Positions 7,291 through 14,805 of a DNA stretch of 15,042 nucleotides are shown here, piece by piece. Numbering within the stretch: position 1 is the stretch's first letter; every line of letters starts with the position of its first letter. A program made the translations under genes and the position numbers. The stretch covers positions 1 through 15,042 of the forward strand of contig CAUQXD010000015.1 in the NCBI GenBank assembly GCA_963521995.1. Reading direction: 5' to 3'. The DNA comes from an uncultured Candidatus Saccharibacteria bacterium (GTDB lineage: Bacteria; Patescibacteriota; Saccharimonadia; Saccharimonadales; Saccharimonadaceae). The notes under the pieces are model-generated. The model was not told the origin of the DNA. It searched no databases and was given only the letters and a program-made list of their open reading frames with translations.

Positions 7291-8013
7291 ATGAAACAGC
7301 GATTAGATAAGGCTCTAGTCGAGCGTGGGCTGGCGTCAACACGTTCTCAGGCGGATAATTTTATTCGCTTGGGTTACGTTTATTTGAATAAAAAAGTTGC
7401 TCAAAAATCAGGGGCAATGGTATCTGATACTGATACGATAACGCTAAAAAAGACAGAGACTTATGTGTCGCGGGCTGGCTTAAAGCTGGCTAGTGTAGCC
7501 AAATATTTTAAGCTTAATTTTCAAGATAAAATAGTACTAGATATTGGTTCAAGCACCGGTGGTTTTACTGACTATTCGTTGCGTCATGGCGCTAAGAAAG
7601 TTTTCGCTGTTGATGTCGGTACCGACCAACTTCATCCAAGCTTACGCTCTAACCCAAAGATTATCCTCAACGAAAAAACCGACATTCGTAATTTTTACAC
7701 AGATGAAGTGATTGATGTGATTGTAGGAGATGTGTCGTTTATATCACTACGGGAAATTTTACCACATGTAGCTAGCGAACTGATGAATGAAAGTACCACA
7801 CTCATTGCTATGGTTAAGCCGCAATTTGAGGCAGGGCGACATCAAACTAATAAAGGCATTATTAAAAACGATAAGGTGCGACGGCAGATCTTAACTGATT
7901 TTGAAAATTGGGCAAAAAAATATTTTGTTATTTTAGACAAAAAGGATAGCGAAGTTGCTGGAAGTAAGGGAAATCTTGAGCGATTTTATAAATTGCAATT
8001 AGCTAAACGTTAA
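7291..8013 (+). CDS. tlyA: TlyA-family rRNA 2'-O-methyltransferase (S4 domain + FtsJ-like methyltransferase)
   Basis: N-terminal S4-like RLDKALVERGLASTRSQADNFIRLGYVYLN; YVSRAGLKL; and the SAM-binding motif LDIGSSTGGFTDYSLRHGAKKVFAVDVG. Confidence 0.85.
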   Translation: MKQRLDKALVERGLASTRSQADNFIRLGYVYLNKKVAQKSGAMVSDTDTITLKKTETYVSRAGLKLASVAKYFKLNFQDKIVLDIGSSTGGFTDYSLRHGAKKVFAVDVGTDQLHPSLRSNPKIILNEKTDIRNFYTDEVIDVIVGDVSFISLREILPHVASELMNESTTLIAMVKPQFEAGRHQTNKGIIKNDKVRRQILTDFENWAKKYFVILDKKDSEVAGSKGNLERFYKLQLAKR

Positions 8014-9082
8014 ACCTAAATTCAACAACATCATTTGGTTGCATGACGTACGTTTTGCCTTCAGTGCGAATCTTACCAGCCTCGCGAGCTTTTACTTCTG
8101 ATCCGGCAGTAATCAAATCATTAAAATCAACAATTTGTGCAGCAATAAAGCCTCGTTCAAAGTCTGAATGGATAACTCCAGCGGCTTGTGGCGCCGTCCA
8201 GCCTTTATGGATTGTCCAAGCGCGCACTTCTTTTTCGCCGGCAGTCAAGTAGCTTTGTAGTCCTAATGTATCGTAAGCGGCGTGAATTAGTTTGACTAAT
8301 CCGGTTTCCTGAACTCCATAGCTTTCCAGGAGTTCTTTGGCATCATCTTCTGACAAGCCCTTCAACTCTTCCTCTAATTTTGCACAGATGAAGACAGTTT
8401 TTGCCGGATGTACCAGTTCTTTTAATTTTCCTTGCAGAGAGGAATCGCTTAGTCCTTCTTCGTCAACATTGAAAGCATAAATAACTGGCTTGGCAGTGAG
8501 TAGATGTAGATCAGCAATTGCTTCAAAGTCTACGTCGGTCAGGGCAGAAATTGGCGTCCCTGACTGTAAATTATCTGCTAGTGATTGTAAGTAAGATACT
8601 TTTTGGCGGGCTTCTGGACTAGCCTTAGCCTCTTTTTGTAGCTGTGGCAGACGTTTCTCGATTGTTTGTAGGTCGGCTAGAATTAATTCGGTATTGATAA
8701 TATCGATATCTTTTTTAGGGTCAATTGGCGCTTCGTCGTGTCGCAAAATCTTTGAATTTTCAAAAGCACGAACAACGTGAATAATGGCGTTACACTCTCT
8801 GATATTGTGAAGAAACTTATTACCTAGACCTTCGCCTGTGGAAGCGCCAGCAACTAGTCCTGCAATATCAACAAAAGTAACGGTGGCTGGGATGATTTTT
8901 GGGGCGTGATAAAGCTCGGCCAGGGCTTTTAGGCGGTTATCTGGTACAGGAACAATTCCCGTATTTGGCTCGATGGTCGCAAATGGATAATTAGCGGCTA
9001 AAATATCGTTATTAGTTAAGGCATTAAAAAGTGTCGATTTGCCGACGTTTGGCAAGCCGACGATTCCAATAGATAAACTCAT
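8003..9082 (-). CDS. ychF: Ribosome-binding ATPase YchF (Obg-family P-loop NTPase)
   Basis: N-terminal [19 protein letters not shown]-loop, [10 protein letters not shown], and a C-terminal TGS-like [31 protein letters not shown]. The length of 359 aa is typical. Confidence 0.93.
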   Translation of the reverse strand: MSLSIGIVGLPNVGKSTLFNALTNNDILAANYPFATIEPNTGIVPVPDNRLKALAELYHAPKIIPATVTFVDIAGLVAGASTGEGLGNKFLHNIRECNAIIHVVRAFENSKILRHDEAPIDPKKDIDIINTELILADLQTIEKRLPQLQKEAKASPEARQKVSYLQSLADNLQSGTPISALTDVDFEAIADLHLLTAKPVIYAFNVDEEGLSDSSLQGKLKELVHPAKTVFICAKLEEELKGLSEDDAKELLESYGVQETGLVKLIHAAYDTLGLQSYLTAGEKEVRAWTIHKGWTAPQAAGVIHSDFERGFIAAQIVDFNDLITAGSEVKAREAGKIRTEGKTYVMQPNDVVEFRFNV

Positions 9083-9088
9083 ACATTC

Positions 9089-9097
9089 ATTATATCA
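9089..9097 (-). promoter_or_regulatory. Extended -10 promoter (TGATATAAT) for ychF, 6 nt from its ATG
   Basis: The minus strand reads TGATATAAT-gaatgt-ATG, with the start codon at 9080-9082. There is no SD. Confidence 0.55.
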
Positions 9098-9110
9098 TCT
9101 ACGTAATATT

Positions 9111-9119
9111 TGATATAAT
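9111..9119 (+). promoter_or_regulatory. Extended -10 promoter (TGATATAAT) for the 982-aa ORF, 7 nt from its ATG
   Basis: The plus strand reads TGATATAAT-cataagc-ATG (ATG at 9127). There is no SD. Confidence 0.55.
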
Positions 9120-9126
9120 CATAAGC

Positions 9127-12075
9127 ATGAGCAGAAAATACTCATTGCCTCGGATGGGCATGCTGGCAATGGTAGTGGCCTTAGCTGTTTCAATAACGGC
9201 GTTTTTTATCTATACGTATGCATCCCCAAGCACTACAACTTGGACTATGACTGGGCGATCTTGGGTTACCAAACAGTTTAATCCGTCGGATACGAACAGC
9301 TATGGGTCTGGTTGGAAATCATCGCCTGAGCGCTTAAAAAATCTCAAACCTGGTGATACTGTTGACTGGTGGCACAGCATATTTGTTAGCGGCGGGACGA
9401 CGGAACATGTCATAACTGGTGTGCAGCAGGATGTGTTTGATCTTAGTTCAAATCAGCCAATTGATGGCGATAACAGCCTTAATAACAGGGGTGCTTGGCA
9501 TAATGAAGATTCGCGACAATATGGAAATATTTCTGATTGGAAGGGATATGCTTGGAAGCGGATGAATAACCCGGCGGATTATAAGAATACTACAATGGAG
9601 GCTCTGAACGGCAAATCGCGTCTCGAGGACCTTCATGGTGAACTAGGTAAAAATAAGTTTATGTACACGCGGGTTATTCGAAAAGAAGATATGGGCAAGC
9701 GGATTTGTCAGCGTATTTATTGGAGTAAGCGTGGCTCTGGCTCGACGGCGGGCTGGGGATATTCACCTTATTCTTGTGTTGAAGTACCATACGATTATGA
9801 CATCGAGCCGTCCGTTAGCGTTGCTTCTGATCATATTGATACGGATAATGTTACAAGCCTTGATGGTATTAATGCGGCTTTAAACAATAAGGGGTCAGTA
9901 AAATCACAGAGTTCAGCCTATGCAATTACTCGATTTATTGCTAGGGGTACGGAAGTATCAAGTATTGGTGGGGTCAATACAGTTTCGCTGCCGGGTGGTA
10001 CGGTTCACGATTGGTCGTGTGCGGTTGTGCGACTAATAAAAGGACAACATCCAGACCTAAATGTTGATAGCGGAACATGTAAGGAAATCATTGGAAATGG
10101 CGGCAAGAACCAGATTAATCCCGGACAGACGGCAATTGCTACAAATGCGACAGACTCCCTGAGTGGGTCAACTCTGAACGCTAATGATAGCCTGTGTTAT
10201 GTGGCAATGGTCAGTGATTATAATGGCTCAGCGCCTTCGACAGACTTTAGGTACGCGATTAGATGTATTAGGACGTCAAAAAAGCCAAAAGTCCAAGTTT
10301 GGGGTGGTGATATTAAAACTGACAAAGAAGTGATCACTAGCAACACGTCTAACACTCTGCTTGGACCAGATAATCAAAGTATTATTGATAAGTCGACGCT
10401 ACAATCAATGGGCTTTTGGGGTACGGGTGTGGATAATAACGGTAATACTCTTGGGGAAAAACCAACGTTTGGGCCGAGTGAATATACTTATAAGGGCGGA
10501 GATAAAGTTGATCCGCACTGGTCAGTAATTTGCTCTCAAGACTCTTATGGCGGCAGTGGTAACCAGCGGGCTTATAGCAAGGCTACAAATAGCCCGGCTG
10601 ATTTACCAAATTGTCGAGATAATGCTATAAATTTAACGGCTGAATATCAGGCCAGAACAGTAGTAACAACTCAATGGTATCAATCTGGCGTGGGTAATCG
10701 TCAGCAGGATGGTTGGATTCCGTGTTCTGATATACCGAACAAGGATTTAATTGGTGATACGCGGATCATTACACACAATCCTGATTGTCGTAGAGGTACT
10801 TGGAGAACTTCAAATAAAGCTAAGTGGATTAGTATTAATAGTTTTGGGCGTCATACACATTCTGCATCAAAGCCCGATTCAAGCGTTGCAGCTGGCTGTT
10901 TGGGCGCTACAGGAACTGCCGTTTTGAATTGTGGAAATACCTATGTATTTAGGTTGAAAAATGTTAAATTGGGCGATTTGAAGAATGCTAAAAATCTAAG
11001 GTTTAACTTCTCAGGTTCAGCGGATAATTTTATTCGAGTAAAAATTAATGGACACGAAATGGACGTTAAGGGAAATGAAAATGGCGCCAGACCTGATGGT
11101 ACGCAATACTCAGGATGGGGACTTCCAGGATTTAGTGAGAATTCGGCATTTACGGCTGACATCAAGCCAGGCACTGTTTTGTATAGCGATGGAAATATTA
11201 TTGATATTTATATCAAGTCTAGTCCGTCGCACATGGGGTTGATAATTGAAAATATTACGTTATCCTACACGATGGATCGTGCCTATCAAAAAATACACGG
11301 ATCTTGGGCTGAGTATGGAATTATTGCTGGCGGTAAGGCGGAGTCGGCTTCCGGGGCAGGTTTGTCATCATCTTTCAATGGTCGTGAAAATGTGACAGTA
11401 CGTGATTATAATAAGTTGACGTTTGCCAATACACCAAAGTTTGGTAATTTTAGTAGCTCCAGTCTCGTTCCTGACAATTTTACACTACCATCTGTCGGGG
11501 GTATAAAAGGAAATGTTTCAGGGGTTGTCGCTACCAACAATTTGGTGACGGGCGAATATGCCGCCGGAAATATCACTTTAGCCGGATCAAGGCTCGACGC
11601 AGGAAAGAGTATTGTCATCAAATCTACTGGTACGGTCAGGATTTCGGGCGATTTGTTGTATAGTGATCCAGGTAATGCGCGGACACTACCACAACTAATT
11701 ATCTATGCTAAAAATATTATTATTGACCCTTCGGTTGGTGAGGTTAATGCTTGGTTAATTACTCCTAAAGACGGTTATGTTAGCACCTGTGGGGCTGTGT
11801 TAAATATGACACATTGGTTGAGTGGGGTCTCCGAGGCTTCATGTGGCAAGCAACTACGGATTAATGGACCAATTAAAGCCGGTCATCTATTTTTGCGACG
11901 TACATATGGTGGTAAACATGCGTCATCAGCCAAAAATGACCCAAATATGCATCCAGGGACTCCAGCAGAAATCATTAACTTGCGGGCAGATGCCTACATT
12001 TGGGCATATAACAATTATCGGAATACGGGCGCAATTAGCACAATGAACTTACGCGAATTGCCACCAAGATATTAA
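9127..12075 (+). CDS. Large secreted/surface protein, 982 aa, multi-domain with paired cysteines; function unknown (candidate adhesin)
   Basis: N-terminus: basic residues (RK..R), then the hydrophobic core MGMLAMVVALAVSITAFFIY and TYA/SP, which reads as a Sec signal peptide or signal anchor. The remainder is N/G/S/T-rich and has 14 Cys in seven consecutive close pairs. There is no LPXTG, lipobox or prepilin motif. The long ORF is free of internal stops and has a plausible promoter. Confidence 0.8.
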   Translation: MSRKYSLPRMGMLAMVVALAVSITAFFIYTYASPSTTTWTMTGRSWVTKQFNPSDTNSYGSGWKSSPERLKNLKPGDTVDWWHSIFVSGGTTEHVITGVQQDVFDLSSNQPIDGDNSLNNRGAWHNEDSRQYGNISDWKGYAWKRMNNPADYKNTTMEALNGKSRLEDLHGELGKNKFMYTRVIRKEDMGKRICQRIYWSKRGSGSTAGWGYSPYSCVEVPYDYDIEPSVSVASDHIDTDNVTSLDGINAALNNKGSVKSQSSAYAITRFIARGTEVSSIGGVNTVSLPGGTVHDWSCAVVRLIKGQHPDLNVDSGTCKEIIGNGGKNQINPGQTAIATNATDSLSGSTLNANDSLCYVAMVSDYNGSAPSTDFRYAIRCIRTSKKPKVQVWGGDIKTDKEVITSNTSNTLLGPDNQSIIDKSTLQSMGFWGTGVDNNGNTLGEKPTFGPSEYTYKGGDKVDPHWSVICSQDSYGGSGNQRAYSKATNSPADLPNCRDNAINLTAEYQARTVVTTQWYQSGVGNRQQDGWIPCSDIPNKDLIGDTRIITHNPDCRRGTWRTSNKAKWISINSFGRHTHSASKPDSSVAAGCLGATGTAVLNCGNTYVFRLKNVKLGDLKNAKNLRFNFSGSADNFIRVKINGHEMDVKGNENGARPDGTQYSGWGLPGFSENSAFTADIKPGTVLYSDGNIIDIYIKSSPSHMGLIIENITLSYTMDRAYQKIHGSWAEYGIIAGGKAESASGAGLSSSFNGRENVTVRDYNKLTFANTPKFGNFSSSSLVPDNFTLPSVGGIKGNVSGVVATNNLVTGEYAAGNITLAGSRLDAGKSIVIKSTGTVRISGDLLYSDPGNARTLPQLIIYAKNIIIDPSVGEVNAWLITPKDGYVSTCGAVLNMTHWLSGVSEASCGKQLRINGPIKAGHLFLRRTYGGKHASSAKNDPNMHPGTPAEIINLRADAYIWAYNNYRNTGAISTMNLRELPPRY

Positions 12076-12079
12076 AAGT

Positions 12080-12108
12080 TTGCAAATTAAAACGCTAATG
12101 TATATAAT
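12080..12108 (+). promoter_or_regulatory. Sigma70-type promoter of the pilus operon (TTGCAA-17 nt-TATAAT)
   Basis: TTGCAA at 12080-12085, a 17-nt spacer, then TATAAT at 12103-12108. The pilM ATG at 12120 has no SD. Confidence 0.6.
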
Positions 12109-12119
12109 TGGTACTAGTT

Positions 12120-13166
12120 ATGAAATTAATAAAAGGGTTGGGCGACTTCTTCGGACTGGACATCGGCACAAACGCGGTGCGGGTGGTTCAGTTGTCTCGT
12201 ACTGGTGCGGGTTGGAGTCTGGTCCATTATGGCTATACGCCAGTTGATTCTAAAATAACAAGTGGCGATTCGCCAGAGGCGCGACGACGTTTGGGCGAAG
12301 CAATTATGACAGCAGTTGGTCAAGCTGGAATTAGGACCTCTAATGTGGCTATTGGCCTACCGTCAAATAAAACATTTTCAACCGTAATTGACGTTCCGAA
12401 GGTTTCTGAACAAGAACTAAAGGCAATGATGAAATATCAGGTCGACCAGTACATTCCAATGTCTTCGGATGAGGCGGAGGTAGACTGGGTGCTGTTAGGC
12501 GAGAGCTTACATGCCCAGAACCAATATGAGGTTTTGCTGACCAGTACGTCAAAAACATACGCAGAGGAAAGGCTGGAGCTGGTCGAGGGGCTTGGTTTCA
12601 ATGTTATCGCTGAGGAACCAGATGCTATTGCAATGGTGCGCTCTTTATCTGTTACTGATTCACAGGATGCTCGCTTAATTATTGATATGGGCGAGAATTC
12701 GACAGATTTGGCAGTAGTTTACAACGGTGCGCCAAGGCTAATTCGTATGATTCCAACGGGACTATCTTCGTTAGTGCGAGCAGCAGTCCAAAATCTTAAT
12801 GTCCAAGAAGATCAAGCGCGTCAATTTATCCTGAAATTTGGTCTAGCGCCGGATAGGTTGGATGGACAGGTGTTAAGAGCAATCGATTCGACGCTTGATA
12901 GTTTCTCATCAGAGTTAATCAAATCGATTAAGTTTTTCCAGACTAGATATCCAAACACTGCCGTCTCTGGAATTTTACTGTCAGGCTTTGGCTCAGTTAT
13001 TCCGCAGCTTGATAGTTATGTTATGAATAAAGCTGGCATTCAGTCAATTGTTGCCGATCCGTGGCAGCGAGTTCAGGTTTCTCAGTCTGATCAGCAACAG
13101 TTGGCGCCGATTGCCTCAGAGTTTGCTATTGCTGTCGGCTTGGCGCAAAGGAGCAATGCATCATGA
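12120..13166 (+). CDS. pilM: Type IV pilus assembly protein PilM (actin-like ATPase fold)
   Basis: N-terminal FFGLDIGTNAVRVVQL (actin/FtsA-like phosphate-1 motif), internal LIIDMGENSTDLAVV, and a ~350-aa length. It is directly followed by pilN with an ATGA overlap. I prefer ATG 12120 to the ORF-track TTG 12108, because that TTG sits inside the -10 box. Confidence 0.85.
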   Translation: MKLIKGLGDFFGLDIGTNAVRVVQLSRTGAGWSLVHYGYTPVDSKITSGDSPEARRRLGEAIMTAVGQAGIRTSNVAIGLPSNKTFSTVIDVPKVSEQELKAMMKYQVDQYIPMSSDEAEVDWVLLGESLHAQNQYEVLLTSTSKTYAEERLELVEGLGFNVIAEEPDAIAMVRSLSVTDSQDARLIIDMGENSTDLAVVYNGAPRLIRMIPTGLSSLVRAAVQNLNVQEDQARQFILKFGLAPDRLDGQVLRAIDSTLDSFSSELIKSIKFFQTRYPNTAVSGILLSGFGSVIPQLDSYVMNKAGIQSIVADPWQRVQVSQSDQQQLAPIASEFAIAVGLAQRSNAS

Positions 13167-13909
13167 TTGAAATTAATCTTATACCGAACGTCAAGCGAGA
13201 GCTACTAAAAACTCGTGCGATGCGTAATCGTGTTATTTCAATGTCGTTTTTGATAGGAGGCGCTTCTATTGCCGCAGTAGTTGCTTTGGCGGTGATTTTG
13301 GGCGGTCAACTTGCAGCTGAGGTGGTACAAAATAGCGGCATTAAAGATCGAAGCGATAAACTTATGGCGGTAGAAGATCTCAATAAGGTGGTGACTATTC
13401 AAAATCAATTGTCAAAAATTAACGCCCAACACTCTGGTAAGAAAATTAATTCGCGGATTTTTGATGTAGTATCTGCGGTTAATCCACCAGCACCAAACAA
13501 TGTTAGCTTTTCAAGCATTAAGGTTAATCCTGAATTGAAGACAATTACTCTGGAGGGTAGTGCTGCTAACGGCTACGGTGCGTTGGAGACCTTAAAAAAG
13601 ACTATTTTAAGCACTAAAGTTCGGACAACCGATGGAGCTAACACTTCAGAGGTAGAACTGACTAAGGATATAAAAGATGGTGACACTAGCTTTGGTGAAA
13701 ATTCGGAGGGTAAAAAAGTATTGCAGTTTTCTTTCTCGTTTGAATATAATGAAGCGCTGCTGGCGCCTGCAAACAATGGCATAGTTTCAGTTATAACACC
13801 AACGACTAAAATTGATATGACCGACTCACGCCAAGGAATTCCAGATAGTTTATTTAAGAGTAAAACTGATAATTCGGCAAAACGGGAGAATGGTAATGCC
13901 AACCGATAA
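13163..13909 (+). CDS. pilN: Type IV pilus assembly protein PilN (bitopic)
   Basis: The N-terminal MIEINLIPNVKRE matches the conserved PilN INLLP motif that binds PilM. A single TM follows (SMSFLIGGASIAAVVALAVILGG), then a periplasm-facing domain. SD AAAGGAG lies upstream and the start overlaps the pilM stop. Confidence 0.8.
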   Translation: MIEINLIPNVKRELLKTRAMRNRVISMSFLIGGASIAAVVALAVILGGQLAAEVVQNSGIKDRSDKLMAVEDLNKVVTIQNQLSKINAQHSGKKINSRIFDVVSAVNPPAPNNVSFSSIKVNPELKTITLEGSAANGYGALETLKKTILSTKVRTTDGANTSEVELTKDIKDGDTSFGENSEGKKVLQFSFSFEYNEALLAPANNGIVSVITPTTKIDMTDSRQGIPDSLFKSKTDNSAKRENGNANR

Positions 13910-14564
13910 TAAAGAAGTTGCAATTCGCAAACGTCAGCAAATTGATTCGTCAAAAAAGACAATGTTTGTTTTTGTGGCGAGCGCGGCGTTTTTAGCGGGG
14001 ATTGCGCTAGTTGTCAGTATTTTCTTGATTCAACAGATTATCTTTCACTCAAAGATTATTATTGAAAAGCAAAGTACGATTTCGCGACTGGATAAGAATC
14101 TAACGACAATTGACGAGTTAAAGAAGAATATCCGAGTTCTAGACACAAATACAGCACTTAATTCTGTCAAGGCAAGTAATGAAAGTAGTGCACTACAGGC
14201 GATTTTAGATGCATTGCCAGATAATCCTAACGCTGATGCTTTTGGCGCTTCACTTAAGAACAAGTTTATTGATACAACCACTGGTTTGACGATTCAGAAT
14301 TTGTCGGTGACGCAAGTCGCATCTGATAGTGATAGTTCTGGATCAACTTCAGCGAATACGGTGTCGTTTATCATGGAAGTGAGCGGGCCAGCTGATAAAT
14401 TGAAAGAGCTATTGACAAAACTTGAAGCTTCGATTCGCGTAATTGACTTAAAAACAGTAGAAATTCAGCGTAGTGAAGATAAATTGAGTTTGGTTGTTCG
14501 GGGTGTTGCTTACTATGAACCAGCACAAACAGTACAATTAGAAAATAAGGTGGTAAAGCCGTGA
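13896..14564 (+). CDS. pilO: Type IV pilus assembly protein PilO-like (bitopic)
   Basis: Short cytoplasmic N-terminus, one TM (MFVFVASAAFLAGIALVVSIFLI), a coiled-coil-like stretch, then the PilO-style C-terminal pattern VSFIMEVSGPADKLKELLTKLEASIRVIDLKTVEI...LSLVVRGVAYY. It sits directly after pilN. The start is 13896, with GGGAGA 8 nt upstream; 13890 is the alternative. Confidence 0.65.
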   Translation: MPTDNKEVAIRKRQQIDSSKKTMFVFVASAAFLAGIALVVSIFLIQQIIFHSKIIIEKQSTISRLDKNLTTIDELKKNIRVLDTNTALNSVKASNESSALQAILDALPDNPNADAFGASLKNKFIDTTTGLTIQNLSVTQVASDSDSSGSTSANTVSFIMEVSGPADKLKELLTKLEASIRVIDLKTVEIQRSEDKLSLVVRGVAYYEPAQTVQLENKVVKP

Positions 14565-14791
14565 AAAAAACAGATATAGCAATGGTGGTATTAATTGCTG
14601 GTGTGGGTGTGGCAATTGGTTATCTTGTCGCCTCCAACATCTCCTTTTTAAAGGTCCCAGAGCGTGGTATGAAAGTACAAACTATTCGGGAGATATCATC
14701 TGACGTTGAAAAGCCAAATCCAGCGATTTTCAATAGTAATGCGATAAATCCAACTGTTGAGGTGCTTGTGGGTCAAGATGCGGCCAAGTAG
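14561..14791 (+). CDS. Small bitopic membrane protein (76 aa) of the pilus operon, unassigned
   Basis: The GTG start overlaps the pilO stop (GTGA). A strong SD, AAGGTGG (14547-14553), lies 7 nt upstream. One N-terminal TM (IAMVVLIAGVGVAIGYLVA) is followed by a ~45-aa polar tail. Confidence 0.6.
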   Translation: MKKTDIAMVVLIAGVGVAIGYLVASNISFLKVPERGMKVQTIREISSDVEKPNPAIFNSNAINPTVEVLVGQDAAK

Positions 14792-14805
14792 AGAAAGGAC
14801 GTAGC

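Noticed and set aside
8043-8252. Plus-strand 69-aa ORF inside ychF
   Set aside because: It is antisense to a strongly conserved ychF region, with no promoter or SD.
9127-9231. Possibility that the 982-aa protein is a giant modular pilin (class III signal peptide)
   Set aside because: The N-terminus lacks the G/(F,M)xxxE prepilin cleavage motif and has no Glu at +5 in the hydrophobic segment. It reads as an ordinary Sec signal or anchor.
9448-12046. Short alternative-frame or antisense ORFs inside the 982-aa gene (9448-9636, 10941-11174, 11048-11242, 11406-11621, 11822-12046)
   Set aside because: All are nested within one uninterrupted 2.9-kb ORF. None has an SD or promoter, and their compositions look like frame artefacts.
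9127-12075. Many N-x-S/T sequons (about 15) in the 982-aa protein as evidence of N-glycosylation
   Set aside because: The protein is very rich in Asn, Ser and Thr, so this many sequons is expected by chance. No glycosylation genes are in the window.
12108-12119. TTG start for pilM at 12108
   Set aside because: The TTG overlaps the last base of the TATAAT -10 box, so it would precede the TSS. ATG 12120 is preferred.
12126-14281. Minus-strand ORFs within pilM, pilN and pilO (12126-12323, 12349-12558, 13573-13962, 14045-14281)
   Set aside because: They are antisense to a tightly coupled operon with recognisable products, so they are shadow ORFs.
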